NCBI RefSeq assembly: GCF_910592395.1
Contig: NC_088308.1
Location: forward strand, 2,914,001-2,978,000
Source: Lineus longissimus
Taxonomy: Eukaryota
Length of the DNA stretch: 64,000 bases
Reading direction: 5' to 3'
Part shown: one piece after another, positions 14,404-28,956 of the stretch
Position numbering within the stretch: the stretch's first letter is position 1
How the letters are laid out: each line of letters opens with the position of its first letter
Notes under the pieces: model-generated
Seen by the model: only the letters and a program-made list of their open reading frames with translations
The model's database searches: none
Told to the model about the DNA's origin: nothing
Made by a program: the position numbers and the translations under genes

Positions 14404-17400
14404 GTTCCTTGTTGAAGCGGAGTGGATGACAGTGAATTATGAGATGGCATACAGGCTGGCTGGCAACAAGTATCTCCTCATCATGATGCACGAGCACGCT
14501 ACAGTAATTATTAGTCTCGGGACGCGGTGGGCTGGGACGGCATCTGTGCTGACAGACGGTTTATGTAGTTACATGTAGCTTTCATGTACGATTAGCTTAG
14601 TATACTCTCCTTCTTTGTGCTAAGATGCCAAGACCAAGCTGGTAGTTTGGTATACTGTAAACCACCGAATTTGTGCGGGTGTTTTATTTAGTATTCACAA
14701 AAATGAACATTTCGTATTCCACCTATATAGAAATTATTAAATTTCAATTTTTAGAAAATTTTGGGAGTCTCCAAAAAGAGACATGTAAGGTTTGCAAGAT
14801 TACAGATCGTTACTAGGGTTAACTTTTAAACTGTGCAAAGAAACACTGTTTAGAAATTCTAATATCCTATTCACTTAGTTCCACAAATGCATGGTTTTAT
14901 TGCAAGTACATGTTAACAAGTCAAGTGTAGGAAGTCTGGAGTCCCAAGATAGCTAAACAGATATGTCTAACTTCCACAAGTGATTTCCTAAGATGTGACT
15001 TCAGAACGAAGTAAGCAGTCTCTCTTCATGGGCATTTCCTGGAAGTCAAAGAGATTTTTAATCAAGGACCAATTCTGTGGATTCAACTTCAGAGAAAATG
15101 AGTTTCTCTAAGGCACACTTAGATGAGACAAGACTTTCTTTGGTTACCCTGATCATCAAGGATCACTTTATTCAGATCGAGGAATTTTGCCTCTTAAGTT
15201 AATGATGGTTATCTACTCAAAGAAAAGGGTATAAAGTTGTCAACGGGGCGGGGGCCGTCCAAGACTCAGAGGAAGGGGAGGGGGGTATAGATCGAATACG
15301 TCCCAAAAGGAACCCGATCATTATAAGGATGAAGATGAAGATAGAGCCCTCACTTTTCAGAATTTCATGGACAGGTTCAAAGCTTTTCAAAAATGATGAC
15401 ATTTCATGGTAAATTTTCAAGATTTTTTTCCTTTTTTTCCCCTATCCACTTAACGCCACTGAGTGAACTCCCAAAGCAAGAATGAAAGTTTTTATCAATT
15501 AACTCCCTGTTGCCAGCCAGAAACGTCAGTGAGTGCCAGTATATAAGGAGCTTATGGAGTATAAGGGCATGGTATGCAGGTTCCTCCACCTGTTCAGAAG
15601 AGGTCCTCTCACACACTACAACGACATGAAAATGCAAATAAGCCTCTTGCTGAATATAAATTACCTTCTCTTGAATAAAGCTATGCATGTTTGATTTTGC
15701 ATGCTGTCTATAGTCATTTCATTTCCCCAAAGTATACATTATAACTATTGAAATATTGGTGCGATGTTGTTCAAGAAAATTGTTATATTGTTCAACGAAA
15801 GGTCTCACAGATCATTTCCCAACACTTTCCACTTACATCAGGAAATTTTAAAGCACAAGTGTTTTGCTTGATAACGCTGAACCAGCAGTGTATACTGATA
15901 TATAGAGGCTCACAGTTCCTTTCTCAACACTATCCACTTACATCAGGAACACACAGTTGTAAAACTTGATTCAAGCCAAAAAGTCAATATTGGTGTATTA
16001 TCGGCTGTAGTTGTAAGAGAACACCGCATCCTCAGGCTATTGAACATATGGCAGACATGAATGATTGATACTTCAATCTCGTCATTTACAATGGGATCAG
16101 GTTCACCACTCTCACATGACAATACCAAAAAGCTGGATTACATAGACGCGTGTCCAATATGAATGTGAGGTACCCAGTTTCACGCAACGTGATGCATGTT
16201 TGATTTGCATCGGTGTTGTGTAATGAAGGGAGTGATGAATATTAAAATTCCGATCTATGAATGAGTTGTAACTAAAAAATAGATAAGATGTCTTTCCAGT
16301 TCATGCAACGAAAATGATGTTCTTCAGAATCAGACAGTACAAGATGGGTCTGTCAGATGGAGCTCTCAGTTTGCCCAAAATGGCATTTAAGCAAGTGGGG
16401 TTTGGTAAGACAACCAATACCTCCAGTTCGGTACCTGAGGTAACTTTTAACAAAATGCTGTCATTGGATACACAAGAATAGATCAGAGTATCCACTCATT
16501 GTGGGGTATATTTGACATACCTCATCATACAAACACACAGACATGATCAATGGTATGTAATCCCCACCAGCAATTTGGGACAAAAGTACACAACAAAGCA
16601 AAGAAGAATTTGAACCAAAGCATATTAAATGTGGCCATGTCAAATAGACAAGGCACTGGAAGTATTTGCATTGTGTCTCAATGGCGATACTCTTGAGGCA
16701 GTGGGTCAAGCAGAACTGTTTCTGGTCAGCTATTTGCATTCAATATACTCTACTTCCATGGACCTAAGACCAGCCAACAGCTAAACTTAACCACAAGGAT
16801 AACACAAGCCAATTGGGTTTAAACACAGTCTCAATCCCCCCCCCCACCCCATGTTAAACACCATTATTGAAAACTGATACCCCTAACAAGTTTCTCATCA
16901 AGTTTGAAAACTAATCTGCCCCCAATTAGAACTTCGACATCAAAATCTGATTAGGACTATAAAATTTCCAAACTCGATGAGAAATCTGCAAAGGCAGGCT
17001 TTAATTAGATTTTCTAAGTTCAGGAACAAACCAATAACCAGATCACAAAATCACAAGAGTATAGCTTGAAAATATTTGTAATATTTTTAGTACTTGTTAT
17101 CATTGTTGTGTTCCTATACTTATTCGTTTTGTTTGCTTCGTCTACAAATCCTAAATTGCAACAGTAGATTGAATTAATTATGGGCAGGTAATAAATACAC
17201 CCATATTAGATTAAACACTTGATCTAACCCATACATACAATTTGTCATGTCCTGCAATGTTTTTTCTGACAATCCAATTTCCTTGAGGACACACAACACA
17301 AAATGTCTATTTAACGCTCGAGTGAGCGCAGTATATCGCCAAGACAAGATTGTGGTGTAGCAAAGTATGTCACATTCTACAGGTGTAATACCTGTTTATA

Positions 17401-20149
17401 TGATCTAATCATGCCTTAAATGCTATAAAACTTTGTTGACAAAATACTGCCATGTTTCTGCACAATGCGCGGATAATAACAACAATGGTCTATAGTAAGA
17501 TTGGGTCAAGAAAAGAAGTGTACAATTGAAATGATAATATCATGAGTTTCATCCAGCGCATACAGCTCTATAACAAAATGATATATGTTTGATGCTGAGA
17601 ACATTTTTACAGCAGATCCACAGTTGCAAACCAGGAGATATTTTCACAAAAAGCAACAAACTCTATAGCATATAATCCCTCTAACAAGCTTTAAAGCTCT
17701 TCCCCCACGATGATAGCACAGCCTCCACATGCGGCAACGAAACATTAACATTCTGCAGCAAACCAAAGAATAAATGAAATCTGGCGTAATCTGACGCAAA
17801 AAATGCCACATGTCATGTTGAATGATTAAGGTTTCCACTGTGATGACAAATGCCCAAACCTCATTCAATACAAAATTCTTGTCATAACGCAGGACTGGAC
17901 ATCTGACCATGCAGTTTTTGTGACGAATCAGGGAGATTTCTTTAAAAATGCTGAAGAAAATGAGGGAATAGTATTTGGTGGGGCATTTTTTTCAGAAGAG
18001 CTATGCTCAGCTTTAAAATTGTATTAAATAAATCATTCACTGATGCTTCAGCTACAGAAAGCTTTTATAAGAATGGTATATACTGGGTTTTAAAAAGGGC
18101 TTGTAAAGGGACTATGCAATCTTGGATGTCTCAAATGCCAATTGAGCAAGTGGTAAGACTGGAGAATTCCAACTTAAAATCTGACCAATCCAGGCAATCA
18201 GACAATCAATTCCTTACTCAATTCATAAATTGCCATCACGAAGTTTGCCGAGAGCGACCCATCATTACTCAAAGATGAATCCTGATTTCATAAATCTCTG
18301 CGACTTCAATCACCAAGGACATCAATGACGCAGCTGTGTCAAGCTTGAATAAACAGGTTGATTTTTCTTGGGGGCATCTCCGTCAGAAAATGATTCATCT
18401 TCATGAATCCACCAGGAACCCTTTTTGAAGTGACAGAGTAGCTGGTAAGGAGAGCAATGAGGCAAGCACTCCCTGTTTGATCATTATGAATCCTTCATAC
18501 TTGTGTTTGTCTTTGGATGGATATCACCCTTGAGTATGGAGTATCAATTCCCCCAACTTGTCGAAAATCAAACAGACTTTCCAATTTCCCTGGGAAAAGA
18601 GAAAGAGCCTTCCAACATCAAATTGAAACACGAGGCCCTCTCAAATAAGGTCAATATGTGCTTGAATGGTAATCCTAATAGAATTACTTATCCTATGTCC
18701 TCGATCCTAAACAAGCTAACCATATTTATCTAACAGGGCCACATGATACAATGGTCGCTACACTGGTTAGGGCTGTATCCAAATAGCTAATCTTGGGCAA
18801 GCTTTGTGGTTTGTTTGACAACCAATATTGATTTATTTAAAGGTGTACTCCAGTTATAACAACAGGTCAAATACATGTACCCAGTCAAAGAAATGTTTAA
18901 TGTTCTGGCATAAGATTGCCTTTAGGGGAAAACCTATGAGCCTGGGAAGCCTGAACATCAGTTCAAGAAGTACTCTGGGATGAAAAGGAAAGGCAACAAA
19001 ATACTTCTGATGAAAATCTGGCCCAGTCAGGTGCACTGATTATGGTGACATATCTTCACACTTTAAATATCAAAGGGTTAAAACTCGCTCCATTCTGGAC
19101 TGCTTGGTCCACTCAGAGTTTCTGACACAGTGAAACACTGTTGTCCTCTGGAACATTTCCGTGTGACATATTGTTCAGGACATCTCTGATGACAGAGAAC
19201 CAAGATACAAAAACTTGATAACCTGTTAGAGGACATGTTTCAGGTATTAGCAGGTCTGAGCAAAATGCATGTCAAAGCATAGCCCCAATGTAAAGGGCAA
19301 TATCAATGGACAAAACTCATAAAACTGAACTCGTAGATGGACATACTTGATTTTTATTGTTATCTTTCACAGGTGCATGGGGAATAGGGCAATAAAAGTA
19401 GCAAATAAACTCAAGGGCTTGTCATAGCACAATCCATAAGAATTACACACAGGTCAAGTGAATTTAATTACACAAATTACTTCTTTCCTGTGGCATCAAC
19501 CAACAACTTCTGCATCAACTGACATTTGGTAAAACCGGATTTTCAAAATTGCTGTGCACTTTATAATTGATTATTAAATGGTCTCTTCAGTGTGTCCACA
19601 AAGGCAGGTTCTCCATTCGCATTGATTAATTCTAGCTATGGTTCTTCACACCTGTCTAATATGTCAAAACACTGTTTAAACCCAGATGGACATTTTTAAG
19701 AGTTGCTAGATTGTATTTCTGGGATCAAATGCAACAGAACATATAACCAGCTCATATAGTGTGTATATTGATAAAATCCTATAAATCTGTTTGCATGCAT
19801 GGCTACATTGATTTCTTTCTATATAGGGATACATTGGCAATTTAGACAAGTAAACGCTTGTTGCCCATTTACTATTAGACAAGAAATAAAGATATTGATA
19901 ATTCAATTAAAATGGTATATTTTTCCTTTGACAGAAACTGAGATTGATATTGACCTAGCAAAATGTAGAGGCGCATGCAATAATATCATGATATACAGGC
20001 ACTAGGCTGAATCATGCACTATGACTGGGACAAGTATTTCCTGGCTCCAAGAGAAAAGCATTGTGACCTTTGCCAACATAATCAAGACCAGCTCCACCAG
20101 CATGCCAGATCATTTCAAACTTAGAACACATTTGCCAAACAGTCAGCTG

Positions 20150-20192
20150 AGTTACAGGCCCATTAGCCTCTTGTCCGTCATCTCTAAAGTGA
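20150..20192 (+). pseudogene. Short relic of a non-LTR retrotransposon (LINE) reverse transcriptase
   Basis: Translates SYRPISLLSVISKV, the YRPISLL...SK motif of LINE RTs; flanks not recognisable. Confidence 0.5.
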
Positions 20193-20587
20193 GGTATATG
20201 TATATATATTTCAAATTCTCGGAAGTAAAACGAAATGAAGGCCATCAGAGGCCCATGAACTAGACATGTCTCTTAGTCCTGAGGTCTATTTCACTGAGGG
20301 CATATCAAGCAACTATATTAACCGGATGATCAAACACACCTTCAAAGAGACGCCACATCATGGCTTTATAGCACCATCGGTTACCAGGTAACTAGACCTG
20401 AGCGTTACGTTGGCAAACGCCGGGAGCAGACGACGCATTTTCGCAGGTGCGTGTGTAGGGCAAGGGAACTTCTGAAAGAGGTGGACACTGAAGAAAGCAC
20501 TTATTGAAAAGTTTCTTCACAAAATCTTAACAAAATAATGTAGAAGTGGAGCAATGGTCATCAAGAGAAAATAGCTTTGGCGCTTAC

Positions 20588-20821
20588 CTCAGGATCTCCA
20601 TTAACTTTCGGTATCTCCGCCACGCTTGCGTCCCCGTTTACTCCAGTCCCGTTAAGCTTTCCCCAATCCAGAGTAGCCTCCTTAAGCCCGGGGGTAACAA
20701 CCATTCCGTTGACACAAGGGCCCTGGGGGTCAGTTTGAGTCTTATTGTCAGTTTTCCCGATAACTCCATCCCTATTTACAACAGTGGGAGTCTCCCCGTT
20801 TTCAATAGAAGTTTCCGCCAT
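20588..20821 (-). CDS. First coding exon of an unidentified gene (MAETSIENGETPTVVNRDG...VAEIPKVNGDPE), phase 0
   Basis: actATGG Kozak context, 78 open codons of acidic/Gly/Asn-rich composition, strong GAG|gtaagc donor, CpG-richer surroundings; no domain recognised. Confidence 0.72.
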
Positions 20822-20989
20822 AGTTTCCTTTGCAAAAACCTCCAAAGAATACTTTTATGCGAAAAAGATAAACTTTGACAATTCGTCAATGAAATCCAAA
20901 ATGCGAATATCAAGTAAAGCTAGAAGAACTGTCACTCTGTAAAGCATGTACACTATTTCCCTTAGATCCACATGTTAGTTTTATTTAGA

Positions 20990-21110
20990 TCAGTGTGCTT
21001 CGCGGAAAATATCAAATTGGGACGATTCCCACTTTCGCCATCTCAAGGACAAGCCTTAAACTGAACGAATTGGTTTGTCGTCTGCTCCGTTGCAAATCCC
21101 AAAATGGTCC
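20990..21110 (-). promoter_or_regulatory. Probable promoter/TSS region of the 20.8-kb gene
   Basis: Locally CpG-rich; YY1-like AGATGGCG at 21043-21036; AGCAGACGAC at 21086-21077, with another copy on the + strand near 20425. Confidence 0.35.
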
Positions 21111-21899
21111 TTTCATTATTAAACTACTTGTGTCCTATGGTCATAAGGGTTTGGTCTCAAAATTGTCATAGGCTGGATTGTTCATTACCATCGGTCCTTG
21201 TGGAGAGTTGGTTGTGACATTGCCCTCAAGTGAGTCATTGTAAGAAAGCTTGAACCAAAATCAAAATTAGACGGGAAAATGAAAACAGACATTCAATTTG
21301 GTCATAGTCAAGGCTAGTATATCAGCCTACAACCATCTTTGAACTTTATGATTGAGATGTTTATGAATTTGCTTCCAATAAGCTTCTAGAGTGAGGGATG
21401 TTGGTTCTGTAAGTCTGGTCTGTGAGCTAATGATCTCAGACCTGCTGGTTGTATCCCAAGAGAGAACCAAGGTGTCAGCAGATTTATCAAGTGTCCCCCA
21501 ACAAAAACTGTTTGGCTATTTGTATGATACCAAATCTACCCCTGTGCAACTCAGCAATGATGAAGACGATTTGTTATGTCACTCCAGTTGTATTACATGC
21601 ACCAGTCACCCATCCAATCGATTGACCACGCTCAATGTTTCTTAACTTCCAGCTTTGGGGGACATCACACCAACCACCAGGCCATTAAGGAAATCCTGTA
21701 CGGCTGGCAGTTTAAGCTGTGCCATGTACCTGGGGGTACAGTACATCCATTACAACAGGGGTCATCATTGGCCCGTCTACACCTCTTATTGAAGGCACAC
21801 GAACTAGGAGGTACATTTCCACTTACAGCCAACATAAATGTACCTTTGTGGAAAACTTGTACGGTAACAAACTACACAGAAAAACAATTTTGGTTGATT

Positions 21900-24240
21900 G
21901 AAAATTGATTTTAATCATTTACAAGGATTATACAAGATTATTCATTCTATAAATAGAAATGTGTACATGACATCTCATCTGACAGCTTTACATACATGAA
22001 ATAATTCTACATAAACAATTCTGGTGATGGCGGAACTCGAAAATGATTGAGGTCATGAAGCTGTTAATTAGAGTGACTTCACTCTTTCACTTAAATTACA
22101 GATGGTTTCACTTGAGGAATTGATACCTCACTGCCGGTATTGGTGATCTCATCAAACACCGCAATGGAGGAGGTAAAATTTAGACCAAAACCAGGCGGCA
22201 GCCGAGGCTTTGGGCAAAATTACAGCTCAAATGCGCTTCAAAACATACGAAATGGGGACCTAGAAAAACTGACACAATCGAAAGAGCAAGAAGAGATTTC
22301 TTGAAAGAGATGCGAGTTCTAGAGTAATAATTTGTACATTGGACCAAAAATACATAAAGACTCACTATAGCCTACTTCACAAAGAAAACAGCAGTCAGAT
22401 TTTTGATGATTCACACAGAAAATACAGCCTTTGAACATTATCATTTCATCTGAAACTTCAAAGTCTAATGTGTCTGAAAATATCCACTCTGCCAGTATTG
22501 AAACAAAGAACGAGTCATTTGAAGCAAAATACAGACAACTCCTCCATGCCGTTTAGGCTTTTTTGCGCACAGTGCAATTTTCTCGTGGAATGGACGATAT
22601 TCTTCATTAATTCTTGACTTGACCAATGTCTTACATGTATGAATACAAAATGGCACTATAAAAACTATGCTATTACTTATAACTGGTCAATCTTTGGCCA
22701 GAGCCATTACAGAAGAGCGCCTCACTCATAATAAGAGACGTTTTATTGACGTCAGAATATATTTACAATAGTTCAATAACATACACATGATGAATTTGTG
22801 AAGGTTCATACACGAAATGGCTCTAAAAACGAACACAGATTGTACCAGCTGAAATTCATACAGAGAATCCCTAATGAAATTGGTATTTACCTGGATATGA
22901 AATTGGTTCTTACCCAGAGGCTCTTGAGAATGTTCTTCAAGATCGAATCCACATAATATGCCTACATTCCCATTGCCCCTGATGCAATTTTCTTGAAGAA
23001 GCAGAAATAAGGCCACTTCTAAATATTTGAAGTAACAAGAGCTGGAAATTACCCATGAAACAAAGATTAAAGTAATGGTCCTCACTGACATAATGCCAGG
23101 ATATGAATAAAAGTCCAACCCCCTTCCCAATGTGGGTCCCCCGTCCCAAGCATTTCATTTGAACATTTCTTCCCTCAAAGCACCAAACTCATCTCCAAGC
23201 TGGGATACTTAAAATTCTACATTGTACAAAACAAAGAGAGAGATATTCATTACAAATATGTACAGAAAAACTTCTTTTATACCTGATCAGCTTCAAAACG
23301 ATGAATGTTGCCTGAGATTTGGAACCAAACTCAACAAATTGGCAAAATGCCCCAATGCAATGAACATTTGCCTTGTCACTCACTCTAGAGTGAGGATTAA
23401 GTTTATTCAAAAAGATTAACTGATAATGATCCCAGTTACAGCACCAGCTGAACTCAATAAATATACTTCAACACTTTATTTTTCTCGATGCATCTCTCTG
23501 ACATGCCATAAATGCAAGACAGGTTTCAATTGCAGTAATTGAAGTAATGGAGACCAACAGGTAATGCAAAATTTCCCCCCAAAAGAGTGAAATTTAGAGT
23601 TCCCCGTGACTTTATTTACATATCATACCCAAAAGTTGAGTCGCTGACTAGCGCTGAGGATAACTGCACAAACAGCAATTCATGAAATTGCCACAATAGT
23701 TAAGCATAGATTGTCTCCACAATCAATGAAAAATACCCAACCTGGATCTCAACTATTTTCAACTTGGCAATTCAGGAAACGATACAGCGGTACCCAATGT
23801 AGCCTTACCCCATTAGCGAACGTGTGGCTATCCTTTTGATTAATCTAAATGCACAAATGAAAATCAGTCTTTTGAATGAAATTCTCAGTTTTCAGCATGA
23901 TTTTCACTGCATTTGAAACAGACCACGACCAAACAGTTAACCTAATTTCAGACTTTCACCTCCAGCAACCTTCTTTATACACACAACTATTCTGTTTTAA
24001 TTTCATCTTAAGCATTACTTTCACAACGTCAATCTTTATATGTGATCCTGAGTCCCGAGTCCTAACTAAGACAAGCACATGCAAGTTCTCCTCAAGCACT
24101 CTCCTGGGCTTATGACCAGGGGCACGACCACCCCATATAGTGGCCTAGTCCATTACTCCTCTATACCTGAGATCCTCATTGGAATGAGTATATGTATCTT
24201 TCAAATGAATTCTCAGTTTGATGACGGTGTTTTATCATGT
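21900..24240 (-). other. Probable cytohesin 3' UTR (up to about 2.3 kb) with several candidate poly(A) signals
   Basis: Follows the stop codon; AT-rich; minus-strand AATAAA at 23616-23611, about 23481-23476 and 22747-22742, and ATTAAA at 21915-21910 followed by U-rich sequence. Confidence 0.5.
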
Positions 24241-24316
24241 TCATTTCGTCTGGGCGGTCGCTTTCTTGCGCTTCATGGCCAGGATGTCGTAGACGGGATG
24301 CTCACTGATGCTTGCC
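24241..24316 (-). CDS. CYTH: Cytohesin last coding exon, C-terminal helix/polybasic region ([24 protein letters not shown])
   Basis: ctcag acceptor; TGA stop at 24243-24241. Confidence 0.95.
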
Positions 24317-27300
24317 CTGAGAATGGAAAACATTTCTATGAAGCACTTTTTAACAGACAGAATCCTTGCTCAGAGCTGCATATCAGAGTATAAGCATACA
24401 GAAAGCCATTGAAATGTACCACCAATAATAGGCTTAGATGGACCCCTGATGTAATGGAAATACATAAAACATCACTGTTGAGTTGCATGAGAGAGATGAC
24501 AAGGTGATTAAACAATGTCCATTCATTTGAAATTTGTCTTACGAAGATGAAGTCACAACCAGAAGACAAGGATAACTCGACTTTAAACAACTCTGACAAG
24601 GAAAGAATGCAGAGGATAGGCACTAAGGAGTGCCTGGCTCCCCACAACACCACCACCCGCTCATGCCAAGTCTTACCCCTTTCCCACATCACCACCACAC
24701 TCCCAAGCCAAATCTTACCCCTACATACTTGATGCATTTGATCCATTCCTCCTTCTCATCCTCGGTGGAGGCAGACATCCTGTAAACAGTGTGTTTACCT
24801 GAAATGAAGGATGATTAATTATCTCTATGTTAATGAATGAGAATGATCAGGATACTTTTCACTACCTCGGTCACAACCCACATTCGAAATGTCAAAGAAA
24901 CTAACTACACCGACTTCAGGATGCATTTTGCTAGTACTGCACATACCTGTTAATCTATATTTGCTTTAACATCAAGGCAAAATAACTGTTACTTCCCTTT
25001 GAGTTCACTATTAAGATGGTGTGATATCACAGCATCACTTCAGCCTACATGTCAATGACACCATAGCCTTTCTATGAATGACAAGTCATCCCTGTCATGA
25101 TACTGTTCAGTTCATGAGATGATGACCTCATTCTTGGATTAACAGGTTGTAACTTAATTTTCATTATAATGGTGATCATTTGAAAGACAAAGTGACATTT
25201 GTCATCTCGTTATTTTTCAATTTTACTCACCTTCGACGACCTTGCCCTCATTGTCAGTCTTGCAAGCCTTGATGATTTCATTATTGAATGAGTAGAGCTC
25301 AAAGCAGTGGGGTTTGTTCCTGTCGGGTACATCGCGTACTTGGATGTTCTCCAGCGGGATGATGCCCTTAGGCTCCTTGTCCTGCAAAACGAATGAAGTC
25401 AATGAATGAAAACCTTGCTCTAACTTGAGTCTAATGAGGTGTTGTAAGGGATTATAGTTACTAAACTTCTTCTCATTGTTTTTTTTGGCCCAAGAAAACA
25501 CCAACAGGACTGAAAATGAAGTACAAACCTACCACAGAGTGCATACAATCAGTGTGATGGTCATGATATGAGAACAAGTCATTGAGATGTAAACAAGAAG
25601 AGACAACATCATGCTCATCTTATCCTCCTTAATCAAACTCATGAGGCCAGGTATCTGGTATCTATCTCTAATCCAAATATTGACACTAGTTGATATACTT
25701 CATGACAGATAGTCGACCACACACAGTTTATAACATTACTTAAACCCTTCAGAAGAAGAAGTAAATTCAAAGTTCCAAGTAGCTTTGTATGTGAAGTTTG
25801 GTACCGCCACTTGACCCCCAAGGCTAGGAACCCTCAGGCACATTTAACATTTTCGTCTAGAGGGGGAGGGGGCAACAGGCTCTCTGGCGGTGGGAAGGGG
25901 AAGAATACCACTTTTAATCCCAAATCTGCATGAAACACATGTTTTTTGGAGAGGCCTGGGGGAGCAGACCCCTTCCCGCTAAGTATGACCCTGAACCGCC
26001 CCCCATTGAAGTGCGATGTGGTGCATAGCTGTAGAGAAATGGCCGGTACTTACGGTGGTGAACTCGAAGTAGTACAAACAGTTGTCGTTAAGAATAAACC
26101 AACGTCTTCGCCAGGTGCGATATCGGCCGCCTGGAAGGGAGGAGAGAGAGGTTAAAGGTCAGGGATGAAAGGTCAACATCCAAATCTATGCCATGCTGAG
26201 ACAACTAAATCATGAGTGCTTTTGAATAATGTGGCAGTTGCAGCATACAAAAGTGGCAAGTCCCAAGGAACATTTAAGATGTTTAAGACTTTAAAAGAAA
26301 CTGCTAACCCATTTTGTTTCCAGCAAGAACATTATGACAAGGTTCTGCATGAGTAGAGAACTGTTGTCAGTTTCATCTTGATACAAACAAAATGGGTTAA
26401 CGTTATAATGTGTATGTATACACAGAACCTGTCTTTGCTGGCTATCGATGTTTAGGTATGATTTGGTACTTAGAAACAGTGAAAAAAATTGAACCTTTTC
26501 ACCTGAAATTGAATACTGATGAGTATAAGATCAACATTGGGATGTGACATATTCCACTCAAATGTGCAAAGATTCCATGCTCTTGAAATTCACTTTCCTG
26601 TCAAAGATGAAATCAGTTTTAACCATTTCTTTCACTCATCAGGATGGAGGAATTTCTGAATTAAACGGACTCCTCATATACTGAACTGAGTTCCTATATC
26701 CAGCTTTTAAAGATATTTTTTGCCAATAGAACTTTGTTCAAAGTCGCTGTTAATGTAATTGTTATGATATTGATATTTACAAGCTTGACTGAGACAGAAA
26801 AATAGTTAATGATATTACAAGATTTAAATAGTGTTAGATTAGATAAACATGTTTCGGTTTTATTTGGAGAAGTGAGTAGAAAAATTAAACCAGTTCCGTT
26901 TTAGAAAGGTTAAAGCTAGCGATAACTGAAGTTTGAAATGTTTTAGTTATTTAGAAAAATGATGAAATTTATGATTTCTGATGAGATGTTTTTGACACAT
27001 GCAGAAGGATCAATCCACGAAATGAAGTTTGGAATAGGAAAGTCACAATTCAGGAAAAATATTCATAGAAAATAAAGAGTATGTACAGATTTTTACTGTT
27101 TTACTGGCCTCCTGCATAGAGGCAGATACTGAAATTACTGAATATCACAAGGCCTAAAATGATGAGTCAATTTCACACAATTTGAGATTAACTCCTGTAG
27201 TTTTAAAGAGATATGCTATTATACAATGAAATTTTTCTCTACAAATTAATTATATACACCATTTTGAAATAGTTCCTTGGCGACAAGTAATTAAATAAAT

Positions 27301-28925
27301 ACTAACATCGAAAAACATCATCACACTGACAGCGCACATGGCATCGAGTACCACGCAAGTACATGTACATGCTGAACACTGTGTACATCAATCAACTCAA
27401 CAGTACAATCAACCAAGGCTTGTGCGGCAGGGAATGCTGGGCTGTTTCATGTCCATCCCCTGGGGTCTAGCTTGAGGTCTTCCGTGCAATCAGATGGACA
27501 AAACAAAGTTTGTTCAGGAGACTATGTTCTCCTTGTCCAAGTGTCTCTTTCATCTATATCACCATGAAGACAAGCCTTCTCCTAAAGAATGGAATCTACT
27601 CACTGGCCAATCACAGCACACATTACACTTAAAGCCAACAACTTTTACAGATATCATTCCGACAACATTTACAGTACACCATGATTCAATTTACATGCAT
27701 GTGTGAACTCATCAACTCATGAATTTATCAAAATACGTAAAAATCATGTGCACGTTTTGTCCTGGGTGCAAAGAAATCAACACTAACATCTTGACTGAGT
27801 GAAAATGCATGAAAACGTGATGTGTTGATGATGTAAAACAGGGAATGGTGCTATAAAGATATAATCTAAAATGATAAGAAATTCCAAATTATTCCTTTTA
27901 AAAGTCGATATGGTTTATAATGTAAACATCAATATGAGAGAGCTCCAATTGATACGGATATACATGTATCACCAATATATTTTAGGATGAAACTGTTACA
28001 TGGAATTAAGTTTCAGTTTGTGTGGAAAACATTGGAAAAGTATAGTCCAGCAAAGACAACAGAATTGTGCTATTTTTCTGAAGCTGCCGAAAATAAAGTT
28101 GCAAAATTCGATAAAATAATACAACTGGGCAACAACTGGGGTATGACACACAGCTGATTGACAATTGGGTTGAGGCCATTTTGAACGGTAAGCCAAGCCA
28201 ATAGCCAGACTTTGGCAGTCCCAGGCGGCAAGAAGCTATTGGCATCCAACAAAGCCACAGAATTTGATTCATATCAGTACGAACAGTATTGCCACATTTT
28301 GGCATAAACACTTTATAATCCCTGTAATCCCGCGCAGGGGAAGGGGTATGCAGTAAAGCAGAAGTTTGAAGCTAGCTTGGATATATTTGCACCATTCAAG
28401 GCAAAGCATGGCGATGATAATGATGCTGATGATCTTAATGATGTAGAAGGTGGTAAAGATGATGATGATGATGATGATGCTGATGAGGAAAACGATATCT
28501 CAATGCAGATATCTAACACTATGCAAATTTGAACAAGTCTACAATTTCACTAATTTCTATCAAAAATTTTGACTAAGAACTTCTTGAATTGGAATAAAAA
28601 GAGCTGTTTCATCATATCCCACTGCTTTATGAGAAGATCTAGTCAAAATTTCCATTTCTATCTTCAGAAGACGAAGGGACTAAATGGATAGGGACCTTAT
28701 TTTTGGATTCACATACAAAGGCTTAAAGGGTCTTCATGAATGTGGATATCCCGAAGGGTACATCAAGACCAATTCAGCATTCATTGACTTTGAGGAGCCA
28801 TCTAGTGAAATTAACTTTCAAATGCAATGAGGGAATAGGAAACCTCCGCAACAGAGGAAGACCTCTTCAACAGAGGCAGACGTCAACCAAGATGATCTAC
28901 CAGATTAAAAGATGATGGTGGTAAT

Positions 28926-28956
<31 letters not shown>

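Noticed and set aside
376..20005. Dozens of 60-120 aa ORFs from the six-frame track
   Set aside because: No recognisable domains, many non-ATG starts and no consistent splice signals; typical of non-coding DNA
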